Below, piece by piece: positions 10,953-21,816 of a stretch of DNA of 64,000 bases; position 1 is the first letter of the stretch, and each line of letters opens with the position of its first letter. This stretch comes from Plasmodiophora brassicae. Its lineage: Eukaryota. Both the position numbers and the translations under genes were made by a program. The notes below the pieces were generated by a model that made no database searches, was not told the DNA's origin, and was given only the letters and a program-made list of their open reading frames with translations. Location: assembly GCA_036867785.1 (NCBI GenBank), contig CP145428.1, positions 1 through 64,000 on the forward strand, in the 5' to 3' direction.

Positions 10953-12744
10953 ATGCCGACGCTGGCGGTCGCCGCCGCACTGCTACTGCTGCTGCTGGCG
11001 GCCTGTCCGTCATCGTCGTCGTCGACCGTGCCGTCGTGCGCGACGTTCGGAACGTGGATCTCGCCCGGGGCGACGCTGTGGAGCCCGGACGCGAACGCAA
11101 ACGTGCCGCTCGTCGCCCTGCGCATCGGGGCGGCGCCGACGTCCGCCATGCTCAGCGCGTTGTGCGCCTGCACGGGCGTCCTGGCCACGGACGCGTCGTC
11201 CGGCGCGAATTACACGCTGTCCAGCGTCCAGTGGTTCGACGCCTCCAACTACAACGTGCGTAGGCCTCGGCAGTCGCGACAACGTTGTCGATCCGGTGTC
11301 TCAGTGAGTGTGCAGGTGACGGCCGACGTCTTCACGTCGTCGTCGACGGCGCTGTCGTGCCTGAAGGGCGTCGTGGCCGTCAGCCTCGGCGGGAACTTCT
11401 TCCCGTCCGGGCTGCCGGGCCTGTTCGTCAACCTGCCCAGGGTCTGGTACGTCGACCTGACCGCCAGCCGCATCCGGACCGTGCCGGCGAACGCGCTCGC
11501 GGGCCTGACGACCCTGAAGACGCTCCTGCTCGGGGGCAACCTCATGTCCACGCTGCCGGTCGGCCTGTTCTCCGGCGTCACCACGGTCCGCACCATGTCA
11601 GGGCCATGTGCGTCCCACCCGATTCCATCGTACGGTGCGCTGACGTCGACGCCCCGCATGGATGTAGCGACCTCAGCGGCAACCTGATGCTGTCCTTCCT
11701 CCCGTACACCATCTTCCTGCCGCTGACGACGCTGACGACCGTGACGCACGCGTCGTGCCCGTCGATGACGTGCCTGCCGGCGTCGGCGGCGCCGTCCGTG
11801 TACACGCCCGGGCGCCTGCCGGCCTGCGCCGCCCAGACGGGCCTGCACGACCAGATCGCGCGCGGCGCCGCCGTCAACTCGACGCAGGTCGCGCTGACGA
11901 CGCGGTCCAACTTCGGGTACGCCCTGGACGGCGTCGCGCAGGCGCAGCTGGCCAGCGACATCGGCGTGGCGACCGGCGTCGACACCAGCCGGATCGTCAT
12001 GATGTCCGTGTACAGCGACGGCAGCTCCGGCACGCTCGTGACGTTCAACGTGCTGCCCAACGAGCGGCCCACGCAGGTCATGGCCGAGTACGTCCCGGTC
12101 GCCATCCGGCAGCAGATCGGCAGCAGCGCCAGCACCTGGAGCACGGGGCCCATCTCGTCGGCCATGGCCACGGGCACGTCGGTCAGTCTCTGCGCCGGCC
12201 GGCCTCCCCCGCACCCTGCTGACGCACGCCCGGCCGTCTGCAGGTGCAGTCGACGACCATGGCCGTGTCGAGGTGCCCGCTGACGGGCGCCTGGACCGCA
12301 CCGCCAGGGGCCGGCTGCGCCCCGGGGCCGGCGTCGTCGGACGACGCGACGGCGAACCTGTTCGGCGTGCCGATCATCGACGCGACCGTGACGGCCGGCG
12401 TGTTCGGCCTGGCCACCGGCTGCATCGCGTTCCTGGTGGCGTTCATCTGCCATGGAGCGGGCGGCGCGCTCGCGGCGCAGACGACGGTGCCGACGCGCGC
12501 CCTGCCAAACATGGACAGCACGGGCCTCGTGGCGCCACCGCCATCGATGCTGCCGGCGGCGGCGGCCGCATCGCAATGGCGGCCGTCAACGGCAGGGCAA
12601 ATGCCGGCCGCCAGCAACCCGCAGCTGGGGCCGCTGTCCCTCGAGTACATGTACGCCAAGGCGGCGGCCGCCAACGAGTACCAGAACCTGCCGTCGATGA
12701 ACCCGTCGACCGCCGCCGTCCGCAGCAGCCGGCACATGCTCTGA
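10953..12744 (+). CDS. Signal peptide + leucine-rich repeats + single TM cell-surface protein
   Basis: Signal MPTLAVAAALLLLLLAA. LRRs VDLTASRIRTVPANALAGLTTLKTLLLGGNLMSTLP and IDLSGNLMLSFLP. TM VTAGVFGLATGCIAFLVAFIC. Introns 11256-11315, 11597-11667 and 12182-12243. Confidence 0.85.
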
Positions 12745-12959
12745 ATACACAGCGCGCGCCCACCTACGCGTCGTCGTCGTAACGCGCCAGCCGGGGCCAC
12801 CACACACCGGATAAGGACAGTGCTGTCGTAGCTTGCTGTATCGTTTGCTGCCTGCGTGGACGAATGGGTCGGACAGAGGAGGGTGCGGAGATAGAAAGAG
12901 GGAGAGAGGGAGAGAGCGCGCGCGCGACAGCGGGTAGGACACGTGCAGGTTCGTTCGGG

Positions 12960-14114
12960 TCAGTCGGCCATGGTGAACCAGCGAAACTGCAGGAGCGACG
13001 CGGCCGTCGGGCGGTCCGCCGGGTTCGACTCGAGGAGCGCGCCGACGACCTCCTTCACCTCGTCCGACACGCCCACCGCCTTGGGGAAGAACGCGCCGTA
13101 CCCGTCGCGCGTCGTGCAGTCGAACCCGCGCAGGACGCGGGCGCAGATCTTGCGGTGGACGTAGCTGGACGCGCCCCCGTCCGGGCAGCAGTCGGCCTCG
13201 GCGCGCGGGTTGAAACTTACACACAGCACAGACACACACGGTTGGTGCACGGTCGGCGGACAACGGGCCCACAGCCTACGCGTTGAAACCGAACAGCATG
13301 ACGAACAGGACGACGCCGAGGGACCACAGGTCGCAGGCGGCCGTGTAGCACCCCGAGAACACCTCCGGCGCCATGTACGACGGCGACCCGACCTCGGCGT
13401 GCAGGGTCTGGCTGGGCCCGACCACTTGCGACACGCCAAAGTCAATCAGCTTCACCTCGCTGTCGTGGAACCTGAACAGCAGCGCCGCATGGGGACCTGG
13501 GGCCAGACACAGGCGAGGGGGTGGTGGCAAACGGGTACGGACAGGATGTTGGAGGGTTTGATGTCGCAGTGGGCGAACCCCTTCATGTGCAGGTGGGCGA
13601 TGCCCGAGGCCAGCTGGCGGCAGATCTGGCGGGCGCGCGCCTCGGGCAGGCGCCCGTTGCTCAGGACGATCTGGTCGATCAGGTCGCCGCCCGTGCACTT
13701 CTCCAGGACAAAGTAGACGGATTTGCGATCCTCGTAGACGGCGAACAGGCGCGATATGTTCCCATGCTGTGAGCGGGGCAGGGGGGGCGCCCGCAGCCGT
13801 CAGCGTCACGCGTGTGCACACAACGCGTTGCGTACCTGCATGACGCGCAGGGCCGCCTCCTCGGTGCGCAGCATCTTGATGAGGCACTTGTGCTTGCGGA
13901 CGTGCTTGATGGCGACGGCCTGGCCGGTGCACCGGTTGACGGCGGCGCGGGCCTCGCCGAACGTGCCGCAGTGCCCGAGGCGATCGCCGATGGCGTAGAC
14001 GCTATGGATATCGGTGCGGCGGAAATGGGGGATGGGGGAGGACAGCGGCTCCTCGGCGCCCTGGGCGGCGCCGAGCCCGCAGACGAACTTGCGCAGGATC
14101 GCCGCGGCGGACAT
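12960..14114 (-). CDS. Ser/Thr protein kinase, CAMK/CDPK-like catalytic domain (HCD in place of HRD)
   Basis: LGHCGTFG, VAIK, LEKCTGGDL, HCDIKPSN, DFG, GSPSYMAPE, DLWSLGV and ADRPTA. Three short introns. The start may extend upstream. Confidence 0.92.
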
Positions 14115-14711
14115 ATCGTCGACGCTGCAGGCCGACAGACGGGACGCGCCGCTGTATCGCTGTGTGCCACCGCTCGCTCGCTCGCGCCTGCCGGTGCTGC
14201 CTGCCCCCCGGACCCGGCGTGGAGGCGCGCGCGCACGAGCGCCCCGCGACGAACGCGACGACGACGAGCGCCGAGCGCGCGCACTAAACCAATTGTGGCC
14301 GATCGATCCGCGGATTAAATCGGCCACGCACACTCCACCGTGACGCGAAGCGCCGCGCGCGCGCCCACCTCACACGCGTCTTTTTGCGCCCAGCTGGCTG
14401 GCTGCTGCCGGACGACCCGATGCGCCGCGCAAAAATGCCGTACGCACTGCGCCAGGCGACCGCCGACCCGCACCCGACGAGGGTGTTGGTAAGTAGGTAC
14501 ACCCAGACGCACGCAGCGGGTCGACCGCCGCGTTGCTGGTTAGATACGTCGCGCTGCGCCGCCTTAAAAATGGGGGGATCCGCCACACACGATTCCGCGG
14601 GTGACACGCGCGCAGGTCCAGATTTTCCAGAACGATGTCAGGGCGCGCACTGCTAGAACATTCCATGTTGTTCCCTCCGAAATGCCCCATGGCACGCTAT
14701 TTATATATATC

Positions 14712-15578
14712 CTATTGCCCGGGCCCAGCTGTTTCGTCATCGCGTTCGGCAACGTCGATCAGGTCGATCAGGTCGACAGCGACGCCCTGTGGTTGACAGG
14801 CGCCGCCGACGTCGACCAGGGCCACCTTGGCGTGGTCGACCCGCTCCTGGATGGCGTCCTGGACGGCGCCGACCTGCTCCTGGATGGCGTCCTGGACGGC
14901 GTCGACCTGCTCCTGGACGAGGCCGACGACGGCGTCCTGCGCCGAGTCGATGTACTCCTGGACGTCGGGCAGGGTGTCTGCGACCATGTCGCGCGCCTTC
15001 TCGCCGACGCTGGTCATGATGCCCGACACGACCAGGTTGCCGACGAACGAGGCCGCCGTCACCAACCGGTCCATCATGGTTGCGTTCGCGTCGTCGTTGT
15101 CGGCTAGCGCCTGGGCCCAATTGGTGTCGGCCGCCGCCGTCGTCGTCCCACCACCGCTGCCGTCGTCACGTGCAACGCGCATCAGCGCCGCCTGGAACGA
15201 CATGCCGCCGTCGCCCTCGACGTCAGCGCCCGCAGTGTCGTGATCACGTCGCGATACGAAATAGTACACGGCAACGGCGGCGGCGACGGCAGCGCCCATG
15301 CCTGCCATCACCCATACGCCCGTCCGCGCTGCCGATCGAGGCTTTCGCGGCGCCGCCCCTGCTTCGCTGTTCGAATCGACGTCGTCGCCGTCAACGTCGT
15401 CAGCCGACGTAGCATCGTCGTCAGCTGGTAGCGCATCGGGTTCGTCGGTGGCCGGGCCGCCGACTTCGTTGGCCAGGTCCTGCAACTGCCGGACGGCATC
15501 GTTGAGCTGCGCGGTGGCACGCTCGACAATCTCCTGCACGTCCGCCGCCTTGTCGTGGTCGTCGACGCCGCTGTTCAT
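14712..15578 (-). CDS. Hypothetical acidic protein with one TM segment and 11-residue amphipathic repeats
   Basis: 288-aa ORF with TM-like VWVMAGMGAAVAAAVAVYYFV and repeats QEQVDAVQDAI/QEQVGAVQDAI. 33-nt tandem repeat at ~14844-14919. Confidence 0.65.
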   Translation of the reverse strand: MNSGVDDHDKAADVQEIVERATAQLNDAVRQLQDLANEVGGPATDEPDALPADDDATSADDVDGDDVDSNSEAGAAPRKPRSAARTGVWVMAGMGAAVAAAVAVYYFVSRRDHDTAGADVEGDGGMSFQAALMRVARDDGSGGGTTTAAADTNWAQALADNDDANATMMDRLVTAASFVGNLVVSGIMTSVGEKARDMVADTLPDVQEYIDSAQDAVVGLVQEQVDAVQDAIQEQVGAVQDAIQERVDHAKVALVDVGGACQPQGVAVDLIDLIDVAERDDETAGPGQ

Positions 15579-17338
15579 TGTGAACCCGCAGCTGTTCGTC
15601 GGTGTGTGTGCGCGTCTGTGTGTGTGTCCTATTTCCCACTATGGGCGGTCGACTCGAACCGGAAGCTCCCCTGGCCAACCATCCGCGTTGGCCTTATCGG
15701 ATCAATGAAGGCATCAGTCGTCGGCGGTGCCGTACAGTAGCGACAGGATGTCATCGTTGCCATGCGTACTCCCCAAGGCGTATACATGCTGGTGGACTGT
15801 GGCGTTCGAATACGGTGTCGACGGCGTTGAGCACACGACTGTGCGGCCGAGTGGTCGAAGCCAGCGGGATGGAAAGAACAGTGGCTTGTGGTCAATGATG
15901 AACGTGACCCGGTGAGACGTCCACGCGCGTCGCCACCGTTTGCGTGATCAGACTTGGCCTGGATCCACTCGATGGAGCGAAACGCACGGCAGTTGTTCAT
16001 AATTGATGACCGGCCTGTTTTACTCGTAATGCCACGGATGTGCAATCTGGTTGCCTACTAGTAGTCGATATGGCGGCTGGCCGGTTATGGTGATGCAGTC
16101 GATGCCTCCTGGGATCGGGAAACAGCGGGCGCTCCAAGCGCTGTCCGTACCTGTCCTCGTTTCAGAAAACCGTGTCGATTACGGACACGTTGAATGACAG
16201 GAATTTCGGTTTCTATCTGCTCCAATCGGTTCCAGTCGATAGCTTTGCAACACCTGCGGCACCCGACGCTACTCGCTGCAATCGTCAGTTACTGATGGCC
16301 TTGTGGTACACTCTTGTCATCCAATCCGGTGCAGTAAGTTCCCTCTGAGCGGGCGAACGATGCCTGTATGCACCCCTGTGATGCCTGGCTAATCTACGTT
16401 CGGATGGGGGCTGATTGGGGTTTGGCATCCATTCCTGTGCAATCGGTACCGGGTGGGGCCAAGACAAACACTCGCTGCTGGACGCAAATGACATATCTGG
16501 TGAGAGGCGTAACGTTGTCTCACACCTGCCTGTACCTTCGGAAGAGTCGCACCAGCAATGCGGTGACGTCTTATCTGGTGGGTCCAGCCGGTGCCTCACG
16601 GGTATCGTCCGGTGACACGACGATTATCGTTTTCGATTGTCGATCGGCTGACGGGATATGCCCTTGGAGTTGCTATACGACACACATTGCAACGGGACGA
16701 CGTCGTCCAGCACCGGGGACGAGTTCTTCGCGCCTTTCGATTCCTTCGCCAGCATTTCGTCGCGTTTCTTGCTGTCGCAGGGTTCGACAATGTCGCGGCG
16801 TCGGCATCCGAACGAATTGCTGGGCCTGGCCGACTCCCCATCCCGTACGACGAACGAGATGTGGTTACGCCTGCCCTGTTGCGATTGCTCCCTGAACACC
16901 ACCGCAACTTGGTGCGGATAACCCTACCTGGTGGACGATCCTGCATACGGCTGCGAGATTACTGTTTTCCATTGGCCACTCTACGCCGCTGCACCCATTG
17001 GACATAATTTGTCTCAGCTATACCCGTCAGCGCCTACACGGTCTCATGGAGATGCTGTTCCAGAGAGCGGTTCCTTTGCCCGCCAGGCTGGCGTCAGTGG
17101 ACGTCTCTCGCCAGTTGGCGGACGCATGCGGCTATCTCTTCAGCGCCACGTTCGTTGACATACTGCCACATGCCCGATCCGGATTTGTCATGAAGCCCTC
17201 ACCGAGTCGATGCTGCTCAGACAGGGGCCGACTGGCCAGTGTGTCCGAATCCGGCGCCAATCATCAGTCTTCTACCTGCGCTACCTCAGGACGGTACGTC
17301 ATGCAGAGTACAGGCGGCTTCGCGTTGATCATTATCTG

Positions 17339-19269
17339 TTAAGGTGGGCGCTGGAATCCGAACAAGGCGTCCACAGCGTGGAGCACGGTACGTGTGGAGT
17401 GGTCGACGAAATCGTATTTCGCGGCCGACGACGGCTGGGCGTCAGGACCGAGCATCGCGCCTGGCAGGTGATGGAAACGACGCCGGATGAACTGGACCCA
17501 CAGGCCAACGTGTCGGGCACGCCGCCTCCACGTGTTCATATTGACCGCGACGCGCTTCGCGTCGCCCTCGTCGTCGTCGTCGTCGTCGTTGTCGAGCTTG
17601 CACAGAGCCGCCAGGTACTTTGGGTTGTTATCGATGGCGGGAAGGGCCGGCAGAATCCCGGCCTGGCGGTCGAACGTTGCTGCCGGACGCGGCACAGGGT
17701 ACAGCAACGAGACTGCCCGTTGGAACGCGCGCTGCTGCAGATGTGGGCCCATGCGCTTGATCGCTTGCTGAAACGCAGCCGGCGACGTACACTGGGCACA
17801 CGCGCGCTAGTTAGGGCGGCGCTGTGCAGGCCGGGCGCCAGACGCGCGGCGCGGCCGACCTTGAGGAGCGTGGCGCGCAGGCACACGAGGAACGCGGCAC
17901 AGAGCTGCGGCAGCATCTGCCATCGGGACAGGATCAGCTGGTCCCAGACGTACAGGACGACGGGCGCAGAGCAGATCCGCACGAACGCGTAGTCGCACAT
18001 GTCGTCCAATGCGGCCTGCAGAGGAACCCCACAGGTTGGCCGGACACGACGATCGGGGCGCAAGAAGCCCTACCTCCAGGGCGCTGACCACGGGAAACCG
18101 TCGTAACGGGTGCCAGCCCTCGGCGACCGGCGCCCCCTGTCGCTCGTTGGCCGTTCGCTCGACGACCTTCCCCTCGTCACGTCAAGGAATTGTAATACGA
18201 ACAAGGCGACAACGCTCGTTACCGCGTAGAGCTCGGCGTCCTTCTGGCGCAGGTCGGCGTCGAGTCTGGCGACGAACGCCATCAGGGCGTCCGGGTTCTG
18301 CGCCCGGGGGACGTACCGCGCCAGGTCGTACGTCGACATGTGCTCGGCAACCGCGAGGCCATCGTCGACGACATCGTAGGCGATCAGCGCCGGCACGATG
18401 ACGTAGAACGCGTGGGCGGGGATCGGCCCCGACTCCTGGTCGCGGAACGACAGCACCTCGCGCATGCACCGGACGACGTCGGCATTGGACAGCATCGCCG
18501 GGAACCTCTCCAGCAGCGTCGCTTCGCATTGCGCCGCGATCTCCAGCTGGCGCTCGCGCAGCAGGCCGTTGCTCGCTGACAGGCTGGCCTGGAACGGCGC
18601 CCGCGCCGACGGCATCGCCATGCACAGACGCCAGACCTGGCGGCGGTGGCGCTTCAGCAGATCCTCTTTGTGACGCCCACGACGCCCGTTAATACCGTAC
18701 CTGCCGTCGCAGGGTGGGCGGGATGGCGACGTTCGTCAGAATCTGCAAGCGCTCGTGGGTTTCATCCGGCGTCGCGTCCGGCGACGCCTCCAGCAGGGCG
18801 GCGGCGGCGGCCGACGTGCACTCGAGGATCCGCTCCAGGCGGGTGCGATCGGCACACGGTGCGTCCGGGCGATCGGCGGCGGCGGCCACGGCCGCGTCCA
18901 CGATACCGCTCAGCTTGGCCATGAACGACGGGTACGCCGGCAGCGTGGGCACTGAAGCGTGATCATCGGAGGGACGCCGACATGACATGGCACAGACGTA
19001 CGTCGCTGCTCGATGCGGTTCATGTAGGCGAGCTGCTCGGCGGCGGTCAGCTCGGAGAAGAACCCGGCGCGGTCGTTCGCCAGCGTCTCCTGCAGGTGCT
19101 GGTAGATGCTGTGCGAGACGCCACGCCACTCGTCCGTGCCCACGATCTGGTCGCGGCACGCCTCCAGCCAGGTCGACGTCGTCGGCATCGGTGACGCAAC
19201 GGGCGGGCTGTGACGGTTCGGCAACGCGCTGGGCGCCCTGCGACCGTCAGCGCTTGCCCAGAGGTCCAT
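17339..19269 (-). CDS. Multi-exon protein with divergent Rab-GAP/TBC-like region
   Basis: Exons read ...AIPPTLRRQ|VWRLCM..., RLDADLRQKDAELY and AFVRICSAPVVLYVWDQLIL, which recall TBC motifs. Catalytic fingers are not recognisable. Confidence 0.55.
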
Positions 19270-19541
19270 CTCGCGCTGGTGCGGACACAGCGTTGATTCA
19301 CGACGTCGTGCGGGTGGTGTCCGCCTTGGGGGAACAGCAGGAGTCACGTCGCGCGGCGTGATGTCTGGCAAACCGCGCCGCCTGCTGTTATTATTTAAAC
19401 GTGTCGGCCAAGCGCAGGCAGGTGTGTGGCGTGTATCACGATAGGGTCGCGGGCGACGTCACCGTGGCGACCAGACGATCACAGCAACGAGGGCAAGGGG
19501 ACAGCAGCAGCAGCAGCAGCCCTGATCGTAACGACGACGGG

Positions 19542-19865
19542 ATGCGCTATCAGTACGGCGCCGACGCGTACCGGCACGGCAACGGCCAGCACCAGGCGCA
19601 GATCCGCGTGCTGGACGAGTTTGTCCATAACAACAGCGCGGGCGGGCCCCGGCGGCCGACCCAGGCCGAGATGGAGTACGAGATGATGGAGATCAGCGAC
19701 TACCTGCACTTCAAGGCGTCGCATCCGTCGCCGCAGATCGGATCCGGCCTGGGCGGGCACTGCCAGCGGTGCCAGCACCGGCACCCGCTGCCCCATGGCC
19801 TGCAGGATTGGCGGTGCCCACAGTGCTCGCACTACAACCAAATCAACCTGTCGTGGGAATATTAG
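19542..19865 (+). CDS. Small protein with C-terminal C4 zinc ribbon
   Basis: 107-aa ORF from ATG 19542 ending CQRC...WRCPQCSHYN. Confidence 0.65.
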   Translation: MRYQYGADAYRHGNGQHQAQIRVLDEFVHNNSAGGPRRPTQAEMEYEMMEISDYLHFKASHPSPQIGSGLGGHCQRCQHRHPLPHGLQDWRCPQCSHYNQINLSWEY

Positions 19866-20223
19866 ACACAGGTGGACAGTACACATGACTTGTCGCATAC
19901 GATATGAATGCCTGGGCATGTGTATGGATGCTGGATAGAGTGGATGCGCCCCCTGGCGACAGAGGAAGGGGCAACATTGAGCGCCAGGCAGTATCAAGGT
20001 TCCTGCCCCAGCTCAGGCAGAGCTGGACGTTACCAAAGGAAATCGGGCCGTTGACCAACCAGCGCTTTGCGGCAGCAGTACTGGTGGTATCTGACCTGCA
20101 CAGGTCGGCTTTTCAGCAGGGCCGAGTACCCTATGTAGCGAGTCGGCCTTGATAAGGGTACTACACCCGATCGGTCGTGCGCTGGCCTCGTGTGCGTGCG
20201 TCGCCATAGGCCCATGTGCTAGC

Positions 20224-21576
20224 ATGCTGATTCCCCTCAGCGTGCTCGTGTGGGCAGCGACGTCATCGTCCCAGGCGTTAACGGTCCAGACAGTAGGTGG
20301 GCAGCCCCGTACACTGTCCAGCTATGGGTTCGCCACGGGCAACACCTCGTTCAGTGTTTCGGCGATGCCCTGGTTCGCAAGCGGCGAGCGCCCCGCGACG
20401 CTCGACGCGGGCGTCGCCAACCGAGTCGTGTTCGTGGAAGTCACCACGGTCACGATCAACGTTGCCGACTGGGCCCGCGCCTGCCACGGGAACGCCTGCG
20501 CCGGCCTTGTGTTTTACATCGAACCCTCCAGCCTGCTGCGAACCATCGTCCAGATGCTGGCCTGGTCGTACTGGACCACCGCTCAGTCTGACGCGTTCGC
20601 GTCGCTGCCCATGCTCGTTGTCGTCGACGATGTCGATGCGGCCAGCGTACTGTCTGGCCGGTTAGTCACAATGACGTCGGACCGGGCAAGCGTGGAGCAG
20701 AACCCGGCGGCTGTCGCCCTGCGCCTGCCGTCGACCATCGCCCTCTTCAGCTTCATCGCCGTGGCATACGTCTGCATCATCGTGTTTGACGTTGTTCGCG
20801 TACTGCAATTCGTCGTGGACGACAAGTGGAGGATGCGGGCGCCGCCATGGCCCGTCACGCTCAGCATCGGTGTCATCATGGTGGCGCATGTCACGCGCAC
20901 GATCCGGGCCGCCAATCTCGCCTGGTTCCATGAGCAGGGGATATCGTATCCCTACCTTGTCCTGTTCACCTACCTGGACCTGCCGATCACGGCAATGTCG
21001 CGCTCCTCCCTCAACCTGACGATAACGCGGTCGCTGGAAGCCGAGGGCCAGGATCGGTCCGTGCTGATGGCTGACCGTCTTGGTTCCGTGGTCGGACTGC
21101 TGATCACGATCGCCATGTTCGTGATCGTGCTGGTGGCAGCCGGCACGGAAGTACTGCCGATGGGCGTCATCGCGACGTACCTGATGCTGCTCGCTCCCAG
21201 CATCATCTTCTCGGTGAGCAACGGGTATGCATGTCTGGTCGTCGTCCGCCGGGTGCTGCAAGGGCAACGTCAAGCGGGGCTCTCTGCAAGCGCGGATGCC
21301 CTACGCGGCCGACGCGCCGTCGCTAGGCGACTAGGTGCCGCATGGTCGATTTCCACGTTGCTGCTCGCGTCCCATCTGGTCGTCCTGGCCGTGCAGAATG
21401 TGTCGCCCGGCCACTTTCTGGCCGCCTACGGTGTCAGCCAGATCGTCGGGATGTTCTCGGCCACCGCAATGCTGATTGCATACCGCCCAAAGTCGTCCGC
21501 CGTTTGCGTCTGCCGCAGGATTGCTGTGGGGAATCGCAACCAGCAGGACCCCGTCATGACAGATTCCAAGAAATAA
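20224..21576 (+). CDS. Signal peptide + PA-like ectodomain + 7TM receptor-like protein, paralogue A
   Basis: Single exon with signal MLIPLSVLVWA, RVVFVEV...ARAC..NACAGLVFY...LPMLVV, and seven hydrophobic segments ending LIAYRPKSS. Confidence 0.75.
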   Translation: MLIPLSVLVWAATSSSQALTVQTVGGQPRTLSSYGFATGNTSFSVSAMPWFASGERPATLDAGVANRVVFVEVTTVTINVADWARACHGNACAGLVFYIEPSSLLRTIVQMLAWSYWTTAQSDAFASLPMLVVVDDVDAASVLSGRLVTMTSDRASVEQNPAAVALRLPSTIALFSFIAVAYVCIIVFDVVRVLQFVVDDKWRMRAPPWPVTLSIGVIMVAHVTRTIRAANLAWFHEQGISYPYLVLFTYLDLPITAMSRSSLNLTITRSLEAEGQDRSVLMADRLGSVVGLLITIAMFVIVLVAAGTEVLPMGVIATYLMLLAPSIIFSVSNGYACLVVVRRVLQGQRQAGLSASADALRGRRAVARRLGAAWSISTLLLASHLVVLAVQNVSPGHFLAAYGVSQIVGMFSATAMLIAYRPKSSAVCVCRRIAVGNRNQQDPVMTDSKK

Positions 21577-21816
21577 ACAATTGCAGAACGTATGAGCCAT
21601 CCTCTGGGCGCGCACTCGTCAGGTGGACGACGGTGCGCGGCAGAGCATTCCCAGGCTGGGTACGTCGCGATGCTTCCATATCCCGACGCGTCCGCCAAAG
21701 GAACCGGCCGGAAACGAAGCTCGCCGCAGTAGTAGAAGACGAACGACTAACCTCTGTTCGACCATTTCGTCCGGGTACGTCCTACCTATACGTACCCCGT
21801 GATCGATCGCGTCCCG

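Larger units (their letters stand above)
4141..10968. repeat. Direct tandem segmental duplication: unit 1 ~4141-7972, unit 2 ~7973-10968
   Basis: Near-identical blocks, e.g. 4145 TTGCCCATGGTGATTGGC vs 7980, 5445-6900 vs 8833-10280, and 7600-7970 vs 10600-10965. Confidence 0.95.

Noticed and set aside
15700-17340. Possible plus-strand multi-exon gene
   Set aside because: There are short coding-looking pieces, but I could not build a supported model or assign a family.
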